Assembly: GCA_963716175.1 (NCBI GenBank)
Contig: OY970296.1
Location: forward strand, 3,744,001-3,808,000
Direction: 5' to 3'
Source: an uncultured Armatimonadetes bacterium
Lineage (GTDB): Bacteria > Armatimonadota > Hebobacteria > Hebobacterales > Hebobacteraceae
Length of the DNA stretch: 64,000 bases
In this document: piece after piece, positions 21,381 to 31,572 of the stretch
Layout of the letters: every line of letters begins with the position of its first letter
Numbering within the stretch: the first letter of the stretch is position 1
The notes under the pieces: model-generated
What the model was told of the DNA's origin: nothing
The model's input: only the letters and a program-made list of their open reading frames with translations
The model's database searches: none
Translations under genes and position numbers: made by a program

Positions 21381-21625
21381 CAATCTGGCTGACTAGCGAC
21401 AGAACTATAGCAGCACTGCAGGGCTAACGCGACCTCAGCCCGTGACGCGCCTGCTTCCGGCCATTCGGCAGTCTGAATGGCGCGAAGCGGGCGCGTTTCC
21501 CTCTCGTGCTGCGGAGCCCACGAGCACTGCTGAATCATAGCGGTGCAAGAACTCGGAGGTCGGGGGCTTCGTCTAACCTTCCAGAGCCAGGGCAGGACCC
21601 GACACGCTCGTGGAGAGCGCAGGCA

Positions 21626-23863
21626 TTGACCGCATCACCGACACTACCACCATCAGTGCAGCGCTTGATCGGGGAGAAGTCCCCGGGCGCTGAGGCACAG
21701 GTGACCACGCGGAGCGACCTGGCGCCGGACGGCAAGTTCGGCGAGCAGTGGCTCGCGCTCGCCGGCGATCGCGTGCTGGTCTGCGCGCCCGATGGCGTGG
21801 AGGCGACGCTGCTGGTGGAGCTGCCGCTGGCCGACATCAGCGAGGTGGAGATCGAGAACCTGGTGGGCGGCGCGGTGCTGCGTGCGGTGCTCAAAGACCA
21901 CAAGGTGGACCTGATCGCCTTCACCAACGCGCAGGCGGACGAGTTCGGCCGGGTGCGGTCTCAGCTCGACGCCGCGGCCAAGGGTAAGCCGATCCCGCAG
22001 CCGGAGGTCAAGCCCAAACGCTGCCCGACCTGCGGGCTGGTGCTGGGTGAGGATACCCGGGTCTGCCCTCGCTGCTCGCGCAGAGGGGCGACGCTACGCA
22101 GACTGCTGGGGTATGCGAGACCCTATCGCGGGAGGTTGATCCTGACCGGAGGCTTGATGCTGGCCGGCGCCGCGTTCGGGCTGCTGCCGCCGTATCTTAC
22201 GAAGCTGCTTGTGGATAGAGTGCTGGCCCCCAAGTCGCCGGCGGACCAGTTGTTCGCACGCCAGCACGGCATCAGCCTCTTGGGATGGCTGGTGCTGGCC
22301 CTGGCGGCGAGCAGCATCCTCAGCACCGTTCTCCAGGTGTGGCGCAACCGGCTCACCGGGTGGCTGGGCGGCAGGGTCAGCTTCGACATTCGCGCCACCC
22401 TCTACGAGAAGCTGCAGTGGCTGTCCCTGCGCTATTACGACCGCCACTCCACGGGCGCGATCATCTCCCGACTGACCCAGGATTCGGGCGGAGTTCAGGA
22501 TCTGCTGGCCTTCGGCTTGCCTTTCCTGGTGACAAACCTGATCACGATCGTCGGGGTGTCCGCGGTGATTTTCGTGAAGAACTGGCAGCTGGCGGCGCTT
22601 GCCATCGTCCCCGCGCTTCTGGTCAGCATGGGCACGCGCCCGCTGTGGGAGAAGATGCGGAAGGCCTTCCATGCGTTCTGGTATCGTTGGGGCCGGTACC
22701 ACAGCCTGGTGAACGATGCGCTCAACCGGGTCAAGATCATCAAGGCCTTCTCCCAGCAGCCCATGGAGCTGCAGCGCTACAGCATCCGCAACGCCGATCT
22801 GATGGGCGCGTCGGTGTACGCAGAGCAGACCTGGGGCACCATCTTCCCGCTGCTCTGGCTGCTGATCGGCAGCGGCTCGCTGCTGGTGTGGTACTTCGGG
22901 GGCATCATGACCGTCCACGGCACGCTCACCCTGGGCGACCTGATGATGTTCCTGGGATACCTGGGGATGCTCTACGGCCCCCTGAACTTCCTGACGAACG
23001 TGGTGCAGTGGGTGTCGCGCGCGCTGACTGCCGCGGACCGCATCTTCGAGGTGCTGGACGCCGAGTTCGAGAGCGAGAAAACCAAGGGCGAAGTCGTGCC
23101 CGACCGCATCCACGGCGCGGTGGAGTTCCGCAACGTCGTCTTCGGGTATGAGAAGCATCAGCCGGTGATCAAGGACGTGTCGTTCAAGACGGAGCCAGGG
23201 CACATGCTGGGCCTGGTCGGCAAGAGCGGCGTTGGCAAGAGCACTGTCATCAACTTGCTCTGCCGGTTCTACGACGTAGACGAGGGTGAGATCCTGGTTG
23301 ACGGCATCAACTTGCGCGACCTCTCTCTATGGGCCTACCGGGGCCGGTTGGGCGCCGTGCTCCAGGAGCCGTTCCTCATCGCCGGCACCATCGCCGAGAA
23401 CATCGCTTACGGCAAGCCGGAGGCCAGCTTCGAGGAGATCATGGCCGCCGCCAAGCTGGCGAATGCGCACGATTTCATCGTCAACAAGCCGGATGGCTAT
23501 GACGAGCAGGTCGGCGAGCACGGCCACCGGCTCTCGGCGGGAGAGAAGCAGCGCGTGTGCATCGCTCGCGCCATGCTCCACGACCCCGCTATTCTGATTC
23601 TTGATGAGGCCACTGCGAACGTGGATCTGGAGACGGAGGAGCAGATCCAGCAGGCGATCGCCCGCCTGGTAGAGGGTCGCACCACCTTCGCCATAGCTCA
23701 CCGCCTGTCCACCCTGCGCAACGCCGACAAGCTGATGGTGATGGAGGAAGGGAAGGTGGTGGAGTTCGGCACCCACCAGGAACTGGAGGAAAAGAAGGGC
23801 GTGTACTACAATCTCCTCGACCTCCACCGCAAGACCTCCATGATGGAGGCCGTAGATGGATAG
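21626..23863 (+). CDS. ABC exporter (TMD+NBD) with N-terminal extra domain and CxxC..CxxC motif; start uncertain
   Basis: GKSGVGKS, LSAGEKQR, ILDEAT, IAHRLST; six TM helices. Confidence 0.9.
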   Translation: MTASPTLPPSVQRLIGEKSPGAEAQVTTRSDLAPDGKFGEQWLALAGDRVLVCAPDGVEATLLVELPLADISEVEIENLVGGAVLRAVLKDHKVDLIAFTNAQADEFGRVRSQLDAAAKGKPIPQPEVKPKRCPTCGLVLGEDTRVCPRCSRRGATLRRLLGYARPYRGRLILTGGLMLAGAAFGLLPPYLTKLLVDRVLAPKSPADQLFARQHGISLLGWLVLALAASSILSTVLQVWRNRLTGWLGGRVSFDIRATLYEKLQWLSLRYYDRHSTGAIISRLTQDSGGVQDLLAFGLPFLVTNLITIVGVSAVIFVKNWQLAALAIVPALLVSMGTRPLWEKMRKAFHAFWYRWGRYHSLVNDALNRVKIIKAFSQQPMELQRYSIRNADLMGASVYAEQTWGTIFPLLWLLIGSGSLLVWYFGGIMTVHGTLTLGDLMMFLGYLGMLYGPLNFLTNVVQWVSRALTAADRIFEVLDAEFESEKTKGEVVPDRIHGAVEFRNVVFGYEKHQPVIKDVSFKTEPGHMLGLVGKSGVGKSTVINLLCRFYDVDEGEILVDGINLRDLSLWAYRGRLGAVLQEPFLIAGTIAENIAYGKPEASFEEIMAAAKLANAHDFIVNKPDGYDEQVGEHGHRLSAGEKQRVCIARAMLHDPAILILDEATANVDLETEEQIQQAIARLVEGRTTFAIAHRLSTLRNADKLMVMEEGKVVEFGTHQELEEKKGVYYNLLDLHRKTSMMEAVDG

Positions 23864-23865
23864 AA

Positions 23866-23904
23866 GCTGTTTCATAACCTTCCCAGGGGAGGTTATGAAA
23901 CAGC
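23866..23904. repeat. Perfect 15-bp inverted repeat GCTGTTTCATAACCT / AGGTTATGAAACAGC
   Basis: Read directly from the sequence. Confidence 0.85.
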
Positions 23905-23980
23905 ACTGCACAACGTCAGGCCGTGGCCGGCGCATTTCATGCGAGGGCGTGGTGCGGCCAGCCAGCAGGTAGGCTATGAA

Positions 23981-24514
23981 ATGGGCTCTAGCCAGCAATC
24001 GCCGCCAACCAAAGAGCCGTCCACGCTTCGCTACCTCGACCCGGAGCAGGTGAAGGTATTCCGGGGCGAGGAGGGCGGGCTCTACGCCACCATTGCGGAC
24101 GAGTTCACGGTGCTCTCGCCCCGCTTCGTCCGCGCCCGCCCCTTGAGCGATCCCGACCGCTATCTGTCCATCCGAGGGCAGGAGCCCGGGGGCAAGGAGT
24201 TCGGGCTGCTTCCCCAGTGGCACCGCCTGGATGGGGAATCGCGCCGGCTGGTGCAGGCCGAACTGGAAAGGCGCTACCTCCATCCCACGGTGGGCCGCAT
24301 CCTATCCCTGAAGGACTACGCCGGTCTCCAGCTCTGCCTGCTGGAGACCGACCGAGGGGTGCGGGAGGTCACCTTTCGCGATGCCCGGGACAACGTGGTG
24401 TACCTGGGGGCCTCGCGAGTGCTGATCACCGATGCTGAGGGCAACCGCTACGACATTCCCGACATCACCGCCCTGGACCGCAAGAGCCGGGCCCTGCTGG
24501 CGCTCATCCTCTAG
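23981..24514 (+). CDS. DUF1854 domain protein
   Basis: RARPLSDPDRYLSI, EL.RRY..P, ETDRG, ITDAEGNRYDI; typical partner of the upstream ABC family. Confidence 0.8.
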   Translation: MGSSQQSPPTKEPSTLRYLDPEQVKVFRGEEGGLYATIADEFTVLSPRFVRARPLSDPDRYLSIRGQEPGGKEFGLLPQWHRLDGESRRLVQAELERRYLHPTVGRILSLKDYAGLQLCLLETDRGVREVTFRDARDNVVYLGASRVLITDAEGNRYDIPDITALDRKSRALLALIL

Positions 24515-25536
24515 CCTCGCGCCAGGGCCTGATACCCCTCCTGCGCCTGCAGCACCTCGATGAAGGCGAGCATGTTCTCCAGGGGCACGTCGCCCTCCAC
24601 ATCATGCGCCGGCGCGAAGACGTATCCGCCCTCCCGGCCCAGGTCCAGCAGGTGCGCGGTGGCGGCTCTCACCTCCGCGACTGACCCGTAGGGGAGCGTC
24701 CTCTGGGTGGAGAGTCCGCCGTGAAATGCCAGCCGGCCCCGATACTGCCTGATCAGAGCATCCACGTCCATCACTTCGGGCTGGAACGGGTTGAAGCAGT
24801 TCAGGCCGATGGCAACCAGGTCGTCGAACAGCTCGTCCACATCCCCGCAGGAGTGGATCATCACGCGCTTGCCGGCCTCGCGCACGACACCGTACATCCG
24901 CTTGAGCGCGGGATAGATGAAGTCCCGCCAGATCGGCGCTCCCATCTGGAGACCACGCTGCTGGCCCCAGTCGTCCCCGAAGTAGATGGCGTCAATGTCG
25001 TGATCGAGCGCCGCCCGGAGGTGGGCGATATTGTAGTCGGCGATGGCGTTCAGCAGCTCGTGCACGAAACCGGGGTGGTCGTGGAAATCCATCAGCAAGC
25101 TTTCCATCCCGCGCAGCGTCCAGGCGCGCTCGTAGAGCGAGAACCCGATCGAGAACACGCGGAAGCGATCGGGATAGCGCGCGATCGAGTCGGGGATGGG
25201 GTCGAAGATGCGAGGGTCCCGTGGGTCCGGGAACCGATAGCCCTTCAGGGTCGGCTCTGGCAGCACGCGCCCCCTGACATTGCCGATGTCCTTGTCTATG
25301 CTTCTGTCCCAGATCACCCCGAAGGCGTCCTGCACCAGGTCGTCACCCAGATCGGTGAAGAAGCCGATGGGATTGCCCAGCTCCACGAAGTGGTTCTGAA
25401 GCGCGGGCTCGAGGTCGGCCTGGCCGAAGTGCTGCTCCAGCTTCTCCCGCGCCTCCTTGGTGAACCCAAGCTGCCAGGGCACATAGAGCGGCCGCTGCCA
25501 GCCCAGGGCCAGCTTCACCACCTCCCGCTTGGTCAT
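24511..25536 (-). CDS. Uroporphyrinogen decarboxylase / MtaA-CmuA family protein
   Basis: LRGME, GDDWGQQRG, HSCG, P.QPE, APAH motifs. Confidence 0.85.
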   Translation of the reverse strand: MTKREVVKLALGWQRPLYVPWQLGFTKEAREKLEQHFGQADLEPALQNHFVELGNPIGFFTDLGDDLVQDAFGVIWDRSIDKDIGNVRGRVLPEPTLKGYRFPDPRDPRIFDPIPDSIARYPDRFRVFSIGFSLYERAWTLRGMESLLMDFHDHPGFVHELLNAIADYNIAHLRAALDHDIDAIYFGDDWGQQRGLQMGAPIWRDFIYPALKRMYGVVREAGKRVMIHSCGDVDELFDDLVAIGLNCFNPFQPEVMDVDALIRQYRGRLAFHGGLSTQRTLPYGSVAEVRAATAHLLDLGREGGYVFAPAHDVEGDVPLENMLAFIEVLQAQEGYQALARG

Positions 25537-25549
25537 GGTGCCGTCTCCC

Positions 25550-26437
25550 TCACAGCAGCGCGGTGCTGAAGTACCTCTCGGCCCGATCCGGCAGCACGGT
25601 GGCGATCCTGCCCTTCACCGTCCTCGCGAGCTGGCGCGCCGCCCACACATTCGCTCCCGACGACGTTCCCACCAGGAGCCCATGGTCCCTCCCCAGGTCC
25701 CTTGCGGTCTGGATCGCGTCCTCGTCCGAGACCTCAATCACCTCGTCCACCAGCGACACGTCGAGCACAGCCGGGATGAATCCGTCCCCGATCCCCTGGA
25801 TCCGGTGCAGCCCAGGCTCGTGCCCCAGCAGGGCGGACACTCCCTTGGGCTCCACCGCGACGATCCTGACACCGACCTTGTGCTCTCTCAGAAAGGTGCC
25901 TACCCCTTGCAAGGTTCCGCCGCTCCCCACGCCGGCCACGAAGGCGGCGATGTCCCCGGTCATCTGGCGCCACAGCTCCCGCGCGGTGTCTTCATAGTGC
26001 ACCCGCGGGTTGTCGGGATTCTCGAACTGCTGGGGCACGTACACTCGTGGGTCCGCGGCGGCCATCTCGCGGACTCGCTGCACCGCGCCCGCGATTCCCT
26101 CCTGATCGGGTGTCAGGACCAGCTCTGCGCCCAGCGCGCGGATGATCTTCTTGCGCTCCTCGCTCATTCCCTCCGGCATCACGATCCGCACCCGGTAGCC
26201 CTTGCTCCGACCCACCAACGCCACGCCAATGCCGGTGTTCCCGGAGGTGGGCTCCACGATGACCGAGTCCGCGCTCAGCTTGCCGTCCCGCTCCGCGCCC
26301 TCGATCATGGCCAGCGCCACCCGGTCTTTGATGCTGCCGCCGGGGTTCAGGAACTCGGCCTTGGCGTAGATGCTCTCGCCCTTCAGGCGGATCAGTGGGG
26401 TGTTGCCAATCAGGTCCAGCACGCTCTCGGTCAGCAT
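25550..26437 (-). CDS. cysK: Cysteine synthase
   Basis: IGNTPL, NPGGSIKDR, SGNTG, GVGSGGT, IQGIG. Confidence 0.93.
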   Translation of the reverse strand: MLTESVLDLIGNTPLIRLKGESIYAKAEFLNPGGSIKDRVALAMIEGAERDGKLSADSVIVEPTSGNTGIGVALVGRSKGYRVRIVMPEGMSEERKKIIRALGAELVLTPDQEGIAGAVQRVREMAAADPRVYVPQQFENPDNPRVHYEDTARELWRQMTGDIAAFVAGVGSGGTLQGVGTFLREHKVGVRIVAVEPKGVSALLGHEPGLHRIQGIGDGFIPAVLDVSLVDEVIEVSDEDAIQTARDLGRDHGLLVGTSSGANVWAARQLARTVKGRIATVLPDRAERYFSTALL

Positions 26438-26520
26438 CTTGTCTTCCCTCTCGCGGAATCACAGTGTAGATTCGCACCCGCGGCCCCCCAACTCCTTCTC
26501 CCCAGCGAGCCGGCCGCGGC

Positions 26521-26549
26521 TTGACAGGCCCCGGCCCATGTTCTACCCT
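26521..26549 (+). promoter_or_regulatory. Sigma70-type promoter for sugar isomerase
   Basis: TTGACA-N17-TACCCT. Confidence 0.55.
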
Positions 26550-26577
26550 TCTCGCAACCTAACCAGGAGATAGTGAG

Positions 26578-27717
26578 ATGCCAAAGGCAAGATCCCTTCA
26601 CAGCGTCTGCCGCTGGACCTTCAACCCGGGGAAGGGCGGATTCGTGCCGGCGGATATGCGGCCCGCGTGGGCGGCGGGGAAGCTCGACACGGTCGGCGCG
26701 ATTCAGTTGGTGCGCAAGAGGATTGCCCCCCGACTTCCCGACGAGGTCGAGCTCGGCCTGGAGATGCACTACGACAGCGAGGTGGATGAGAAAACCGCCC
26801 CGGCCGTGGCCGACGCGCTGGTGGAGGCCAGGATCAGCCTGGCCCTCAGCACTCCCGGCGCGCACAGCCACTGGGCCTATGGCGGCATCGCCTCCCTGGA
26901 CCCGAAGGAGCGCAAGGCGGCCGAGGAGTTCGGCCAGCGCACTGTGGACCTGACCTATGGACCGCTGAAGAAGGCCTGGAGCAAGGATCCCGCGAAAGCG
27001 CCCACCCTGGTGCTGTGGAACGGCTCCTTCGGCTATGACGTGGCCACGGTTGGCATCAAGCAGATGTACCAGAACCTGAAAGAGAGCGTGGCCGGGCTCT
27101 GCCAGTACGAAGAGAAGAAGGGCGGCGGCCTCTACATCGCCTTCGAGCCCAAACCGAATGAGGGCCACCCCGCCATGCTCATCCCCACGGTCGCCAGCGC
27201 CTTGCTCTTCTGGCGCAGGCTGGAGGAGGAGTTCGGCGTCACGCGCAAGCGCAAGGGCGTGAACAAGGAGTTCGGCCACTCCGAGATGATCGGCCTGGAC
27301 CACATCTATGATACCGTGGAGGAGATAGACAGCGGCGAGGTGGTCCACATGCACCTGAACAGCCAGGGCTACAACGACGGCATCATCCTGGGCGGGCCCG
27401 GCAAGTTCGACATTGATCACGGTTGCCGGGTGAATGGCATGAACATCGCCATCGCCGGCCTGATCGGGGATTGCGGCTTTGCTCGCTGGAAGGGCCACGA
27501 CATGCAGGCCCGGCCCTATGACAATGAAGAGCAGGGCATTGATCGCGTGATCCGCAGCATCCTGAGCTGGGAGGCCTGCGCCCGCGCCGCCGAGCAGCTC
27601 GATACCAAGCAGCTCATGCAGCACTTGACGAACCGGGAGACAGCCAAGGCCGAGGACATGATGCGGGCGGCGCTGGTGTTCGCGGAGCAGGAATTCGACC
27701 GGATGTACAAGAGCTGA
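26578..27717 (+). CDS. Xylose-isomerase-like TIM-barrel sugar isomerase
   Basis: FEPKPNEG, NKEFGH, HLNSQ, KFDID. Confidence 0.8.
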   Translation: MPKARSLHSVCRWTFNPGKGGFVPADMRPAWAAGKLDTVGAIQLVRKRIAPRLPDEVELGLEMHYDSEVDEKTAPAVADALVEARISLALSTPGAHSHWAYGGIASLDPKERKAAEEFGQRTVDLTYGPLKKAWSKDPAKAPTLVLWNGSFGYDVATVGIKQMYQNLKESVAGLCQYEEKKGGGLYIAFEPKPNEGHPAMLIPTVASALLFWRRLEEEFGVTRKRKGVNKEFGHSEMIGLDHIYDTVEEIDSGEVVHMHLNSQGYNDGIILGGPGKFDIDHGCRVNGMNIAIAGLIGDCGFARWKGHDMQARPYDNEEQGIDRVIRSILSWEACARAAEQLDTKQLMQHLTNRETAKAEDMMRAALVFAEQEFDRMYKS

Positions 27718-27738
27718 TGTCAGGGGGAGGGGGAAGAA

Positions 27739-27770
27739 TCGAAGGGGGAGGGTCCTCCCTCCCCCTTCGA
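27739..27770. terminator. 14-bp hairpin between convergent genes
   Basis: TCGAAGGGGGAGGG-TCCT-CCCTCCCCCTTCGA. Confidence 0.65.
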
Positions 27771-27798
27771 ATGCACTGAACGTCCGGCCACCCTCCGC

Positions 27799-27830
27799 CA
27801 GTAGGGCAGGTCCGCGACCTGCCCGCCCTA
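27799..27830 (+). repeat. GTAG-type REP (CAGTAGGGCAGGTCCGCGACCTGCCC), identical to 33452-33477
   Basis: 26-nt exact match; internal palindrome. Confidence 0.8.
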
Positions 27831-28985
27831 TGTCTTCGCCTCCCGCGCCCACCTCACCGCCCCCTCCCCATACCGCTTCCGCAGATACGATATCTGCCGT
27901 TCCAGCTCCGCCCGCCGCTGCACCCGGGGGTCGAAGAGAGAAAGCTGCTGGGGGCCGTGCGCCAGCCCCGAGCCGCGCACGCCCAGCAGCCGGATACCCT
28001 GGCGACCCCTATCTACCTCATCCAGCAAGCGGTAGGCGGTGCGCCGCAGCACCTCCGCCCGGTCGGTGGCCTCGCTCAAGGTGCTCTGACGGGTGATGGT
28101 CTTGAAGTCCCCGAACCGGACCTTGATGGCGATGGTCCGCGCCTGCAGCTCTTCGTCCCGCAGCCGCTTTGCCACCTCCCGGCTCAGCTCCGCCAGCGCT
28201 CGCCGCAGCTCCTTCAGGTCATATAGGTCCTTCGCAAACGTCTCCTCCGCGCTGACCGATTTGGTCTCGCGCTCGGTCTCGACAGGCCGGTCATCAACTC
28301 CGCGTGCCAGCTCGTGCACCACATCGGCCCACACCCCCAGCAGTCGCCGCAGCTGCGCGATCGGCGCTCGCCTAACTTGCCCGATGGTGTCGAGCCCGGC
28401 CGCCTGCAAGCGCTTCTCGGTCTTCGGCCCCACTCCCCACAGCTTCTGCACCGGCAATGGGGTTAGGAAGCCCTCCGCCTCCTCGGGACGGATCACCACC
28501 AAACCGTCGGGCTTGCGGAAATCGGAACCGAGTTTCGCCAGGTGCTTGTTCGGGCCCACTCCAACCGAGGCGGTCAGCCTCAGCTCCTCCCCTATCTCGC
28601 GCTTGATCTGCCGCGCCCGCGCCTCGGCCTGGGCGAAATCGGCGGCGCGATCGCTGATGTCGAGGAAGGCCTCGTCAATCGAGATCTGCTCGATGCGATC
28701 GGAGTGGCGCTCCAGGATCGCCATCACCTGGTGTGACACTTGCGCGTATTTGCGCATGTCCACCGGCAGAAACGCGGCCTCGGGGCAGAGCCTGACCGCC
28801 CGCGCCGCCGGCATGGCGGAATGCACCCCGAACTCCCTCGCCTCGTAGGAGGCGGCCGCCACGACCCCCCGCCCCTCGGGTGTCCCTCCCACGATCACCG
28901 GCCGCCCGCGCAGCTCCGGCCGATCGCGCTGCTCGATGGCGGCATAGAACGCGTCCATGTCAACATGCAGGATGATGCGCGGCAT
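27828..28985 (-). CDS. dinB: DNA polymerase IV
   Basis: HVDMDAFYA, SYEAR.FG, SIDEAFLD, KPDG. Confidence 0.95.
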   Translation of the reverse strand: MPRIILHVDMDAFYAAIEQRDRPELRGRPVIVGGTPEGRGVVAAASYEAREFGVHSAMPAARAVRLCPEAAFLPVDMRKYAQVSHQVMAILERHSDRIEQISIDEAFLDISDRAADFAQAEARARQIKREIGEELRLTASVGVGPNKHLAKLGSDFRKPDGLVVIRPEEAEGFLTPLPVQKLWGVGPKTEKRLQAAGLDTIGQVRRAPIAQLRRLLGVWADVVHELARGVDDRPVETERETKSVSAEETFAKDLYDLKELRRALAELSREVAKRLRDEELQARTIAIKVRFGDFKTITRQSTLSEATDRAEVLRRTAYRLLDEVDRGRQGIRLLGVRGSGLAHGPQQLSLFDPRVQRRAELERQISYLRKRYGEGAVRWAREAKT

Positions 28986-28995
28986 GGCGCTCCGC

Positions 28996-30545
28996 TCAGA
29001 GCCGTGCGTTGGTGCGCGAGCTCAGCGCCGCCAGCCAATCTCCCAGGTCGCGCTTGGTCAGCACATCGTCGGGCCGCGGCGGCCCCTCACAGGCCGCCGC
29101 CGCCAGCTCGCCGGCCTGGGCCGGGGTGTGGCCAGAGGCCACCAGGGCCCTGCGCAGCACCTCCGCCGCTTCCTCGCGGCTCACCAGGCGCCTGGGATCG
29201 AACAGCGGCTTGCCACCCAGGGAGCCGGTGCCCAAGATGACGCCGAGCCGGCGCAGGTTGGCGGCGTGGCGGCGAGCTTCCCCTGGCACGTCACCGCTTC
29301 CCAGGTCGGCGAATTCCTCTGCGCTGCCTTCAGCCGCCGAAGCGAAGAGCGTCCGTCCCACCGCCCGCGCCAGCTCCAGCCGCGTGACGAAGTCGGTCTC
29401 TGGCACACTGCGCGGGAAACTGAATGCGAACGCTTGCTGGAGCGCCTGGTTCTCGCCGATGTGCCCGCAGCCATAGCGGCAGTCGCACCGCGGAGGAGTA
29501 AGACCCGAGCTGGGCAGCTCGCGCAAGAGCTTCCGGTAGAGCTGGTAGCTGCGGCCCCGCCAGACCTGGGCGAATGAGCTTCCCGTCAGATCGCCCAGCC
29601 GGTTCTGGCAGGTGCAGCAGCCATGCACGATGCCCTGAACGTCCACCACCGAGAAGGTGTGGCCAATAAAGCAGGCCATCTCCTGATAGGGCCAGGCCTC
29701 GGCCGAGGGCTGCCCCCCTGACGGGATGCTATCGGTCCAGAGCTCCACCCCAACCTGCCGCGTCATCTCCGCGGCCCGCGCCAGGTCATCTCTGATCAGC
29801 GCCCACTCCTGCTCCTCCAGCGCCAGATCGCTGGAGTCGAACGGCACCGGCCGCATCCCCCCGATCACCACCCCATCCACGCCCGCCTCGATGGCATCCC
29901 TCACTAGCTCCAGGATTTCGGCCCGGTTGAGCTTGGTGAGCACCATACTCACCAACAGCTTGGGCCTGACCTTCCCTCGCTGCGCGAGCTGCTGGATCAC
30001 CCCAAGCAGCCGGGCGCGGTCCGCGGCCGGAGCCTGATGCACCCGGGCGTAGGTCTCGGCCCGGCCCGAGTCAATGGAGATGCTGAGCTGCCGCAGACCC
30101 ACGCCGCACAACCGGTCGAGCAGCTCTTCTCTCAGCGGCTGTCCGTTAGTCGTAACCTCACCCTGCATCCCCAGCGACCCGATCAGCTCGAGGATCTCCA
30201 TCGCCTGAGGATGGATCAGTGGCTCTCCCCTGCCCGCCAGCCACACCTCTTCCACGCCCAGGCCCGCCGCCTCGGTGAGCAACCGCTCGATCTGATCGAA
30301 CGGCATGTTCTGGGCCGGTGTCGGTCGGCTCAGCCGCGGGCTGTGGGCGGTGCACATCTGGCAGCGATGGCTGCACCCGGTCGTCGCCTCCAGCAGCACC
30401 CGCCGCGGGCCTCGCGTCGGCTCGCGCAAGTAGTACCTCTTCCGCGGGCAAGCTGGATGCTGCGCAGCAGGCCGGGAGACACCGCGCCGATCAGCTCCCG
30501 CGCCACCCTCTTGCCACGAGCTTCGAGCCACGATGGCAGGGTCAT
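28996..30545 (-). CDS. Radical SAM/SPASM protein with C-terminal SLH-like domain (frameshift near 30445)
   Basis: CSHRCQMC, GRGEPL, TTNG; C..GCC..CDCRYGC; FADL..LRRLGVILG..FDP...SREEAA. Confidence 0.8.
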
Positions 30546-31567
30546 CGCGTCACCCCGTCGCCATCTGGCTTCTCTGCGATCACGAAGCTGAAGTCGCTCT
30601 TCAACTGGCCGCTGTTGAGCACCTCGCGCTCCGCCGCGAAGAGCCGCTGCAGCCAGGCCCGGTGCTCGTCGTTCTCCGGGTCGAAGTTCTGCGTCAAGTC
30701 GTGCAGTAGCCAGTTCAGAAGCGGGCCGCCGTAGTCCGTGCGCTCGAGTGTGCTGAAGCACCGCTCCAGCGCCGGCAGGATCTGGTCCGAGTTGACCGCC
30801 TCGGAAGGGTCGGCTGCGATCACCTCCTCTATGGTAGGGGGAGTGAAACCGTCGCGGACCTCGCCAGAGGGCGTCCGACGCAGCTCCTCTGGCAGCCTCA
30901 TCAGCCACTCATTGATGAGACTCGCCTGCGCCCCGGGCATCTGAAAGCGCGCCGGGCCGACGTACTCGTTGACGACAAACACGCCCCCAGGCCGCAGCGC
31001 GCGCTTGACCTCTTGAACTAGGCGGAGCACGTGCTCCACGTGATGCAATGCCATCCAGGCGATCACGAGGTCGTAGGCATCAGGCGGAAGGCGTAGCGTT
31101 TCGACATCAGCCACACGATAACTGAGCCCAGATAACCCGGCCGACTCTGCCTCCCGTCGACAGACAGCGATCGCCTCGGGGGAGATGTCAATCCCCTCAC
31201 AAACGTGAGAGATTCCCAGCTTCACCAAGCGCCGCTCTACTGACCCATCCCCACAGCACAGGCTCAGCGCGGCCTGGCGGGGCAGGGGACGACACCGCTC
31301 CCGGAGATAGCTGTACCAATCCAGCCCGCCCAACTGCGGGAAGACGTACTCTCGGAGCACTTGCGCGGAACTCAACCACGCTCGTGCGTGCTCGCCCGCA
31401 GTCTGGCATACCGCGGCCTTTCCCCACACCGCAGCAACGTGCCTCTTCTGTCTGGACCTAGACGAGATGACGCCGGGCAACCGCCACCAGGCCGTTCGCA
31501 GCACGCGATAGGCTCGCACGAGGCCAGGCACGCGCTTCAGGCGAGCGACGACAGCAGAACGCAGCAT
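30542..31567 (-). CDS. Class I SAM-dependent methyltransferase
   Basis: SLCCGDG, GIDIS, ALHHV, LRPGG..VNEYVGP. Confidence 0.85.
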   Translation of the reverse strand: MLRSAVVARLKRVPGLVRAYRVLRTAWWRLPGVISSRSRQKRHVAAVWGKAAVCQTAGEHARAWLSSAQVLREYVFPQLGGLDWYSYLRERCRPLPRQAALSLCCGDGSVERRLVKLGISHVCEGIDISPEAIAVCRREAESAGLSGLSYRVADVETLRLPPDAYDLVIAWMALHHVEHVLRLVQEVKRALRPGGVFVVNEYVGPARFQMPGAQASLINEWLMRLPEELRRTPSGEVRDGFTPPTIEEVIAADPSEAVNSDQILPALERCFSTLERTDYGGPLLNWLLHDLTQNFDPENDEHRAWLQRLFAAEREVLNSGQLKSDFSFVIAEKPDGDGVTR

Positions 31568-31572
31568 CGCCG

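Noticed and set aside
21528-21610. GCTGAATC...ACCCGACA resembling a c-di-AMP (ydaO) riboswitch
   Set aside because: Conserved blocks incomplete and out of order; kept only as an unclassified structured leader
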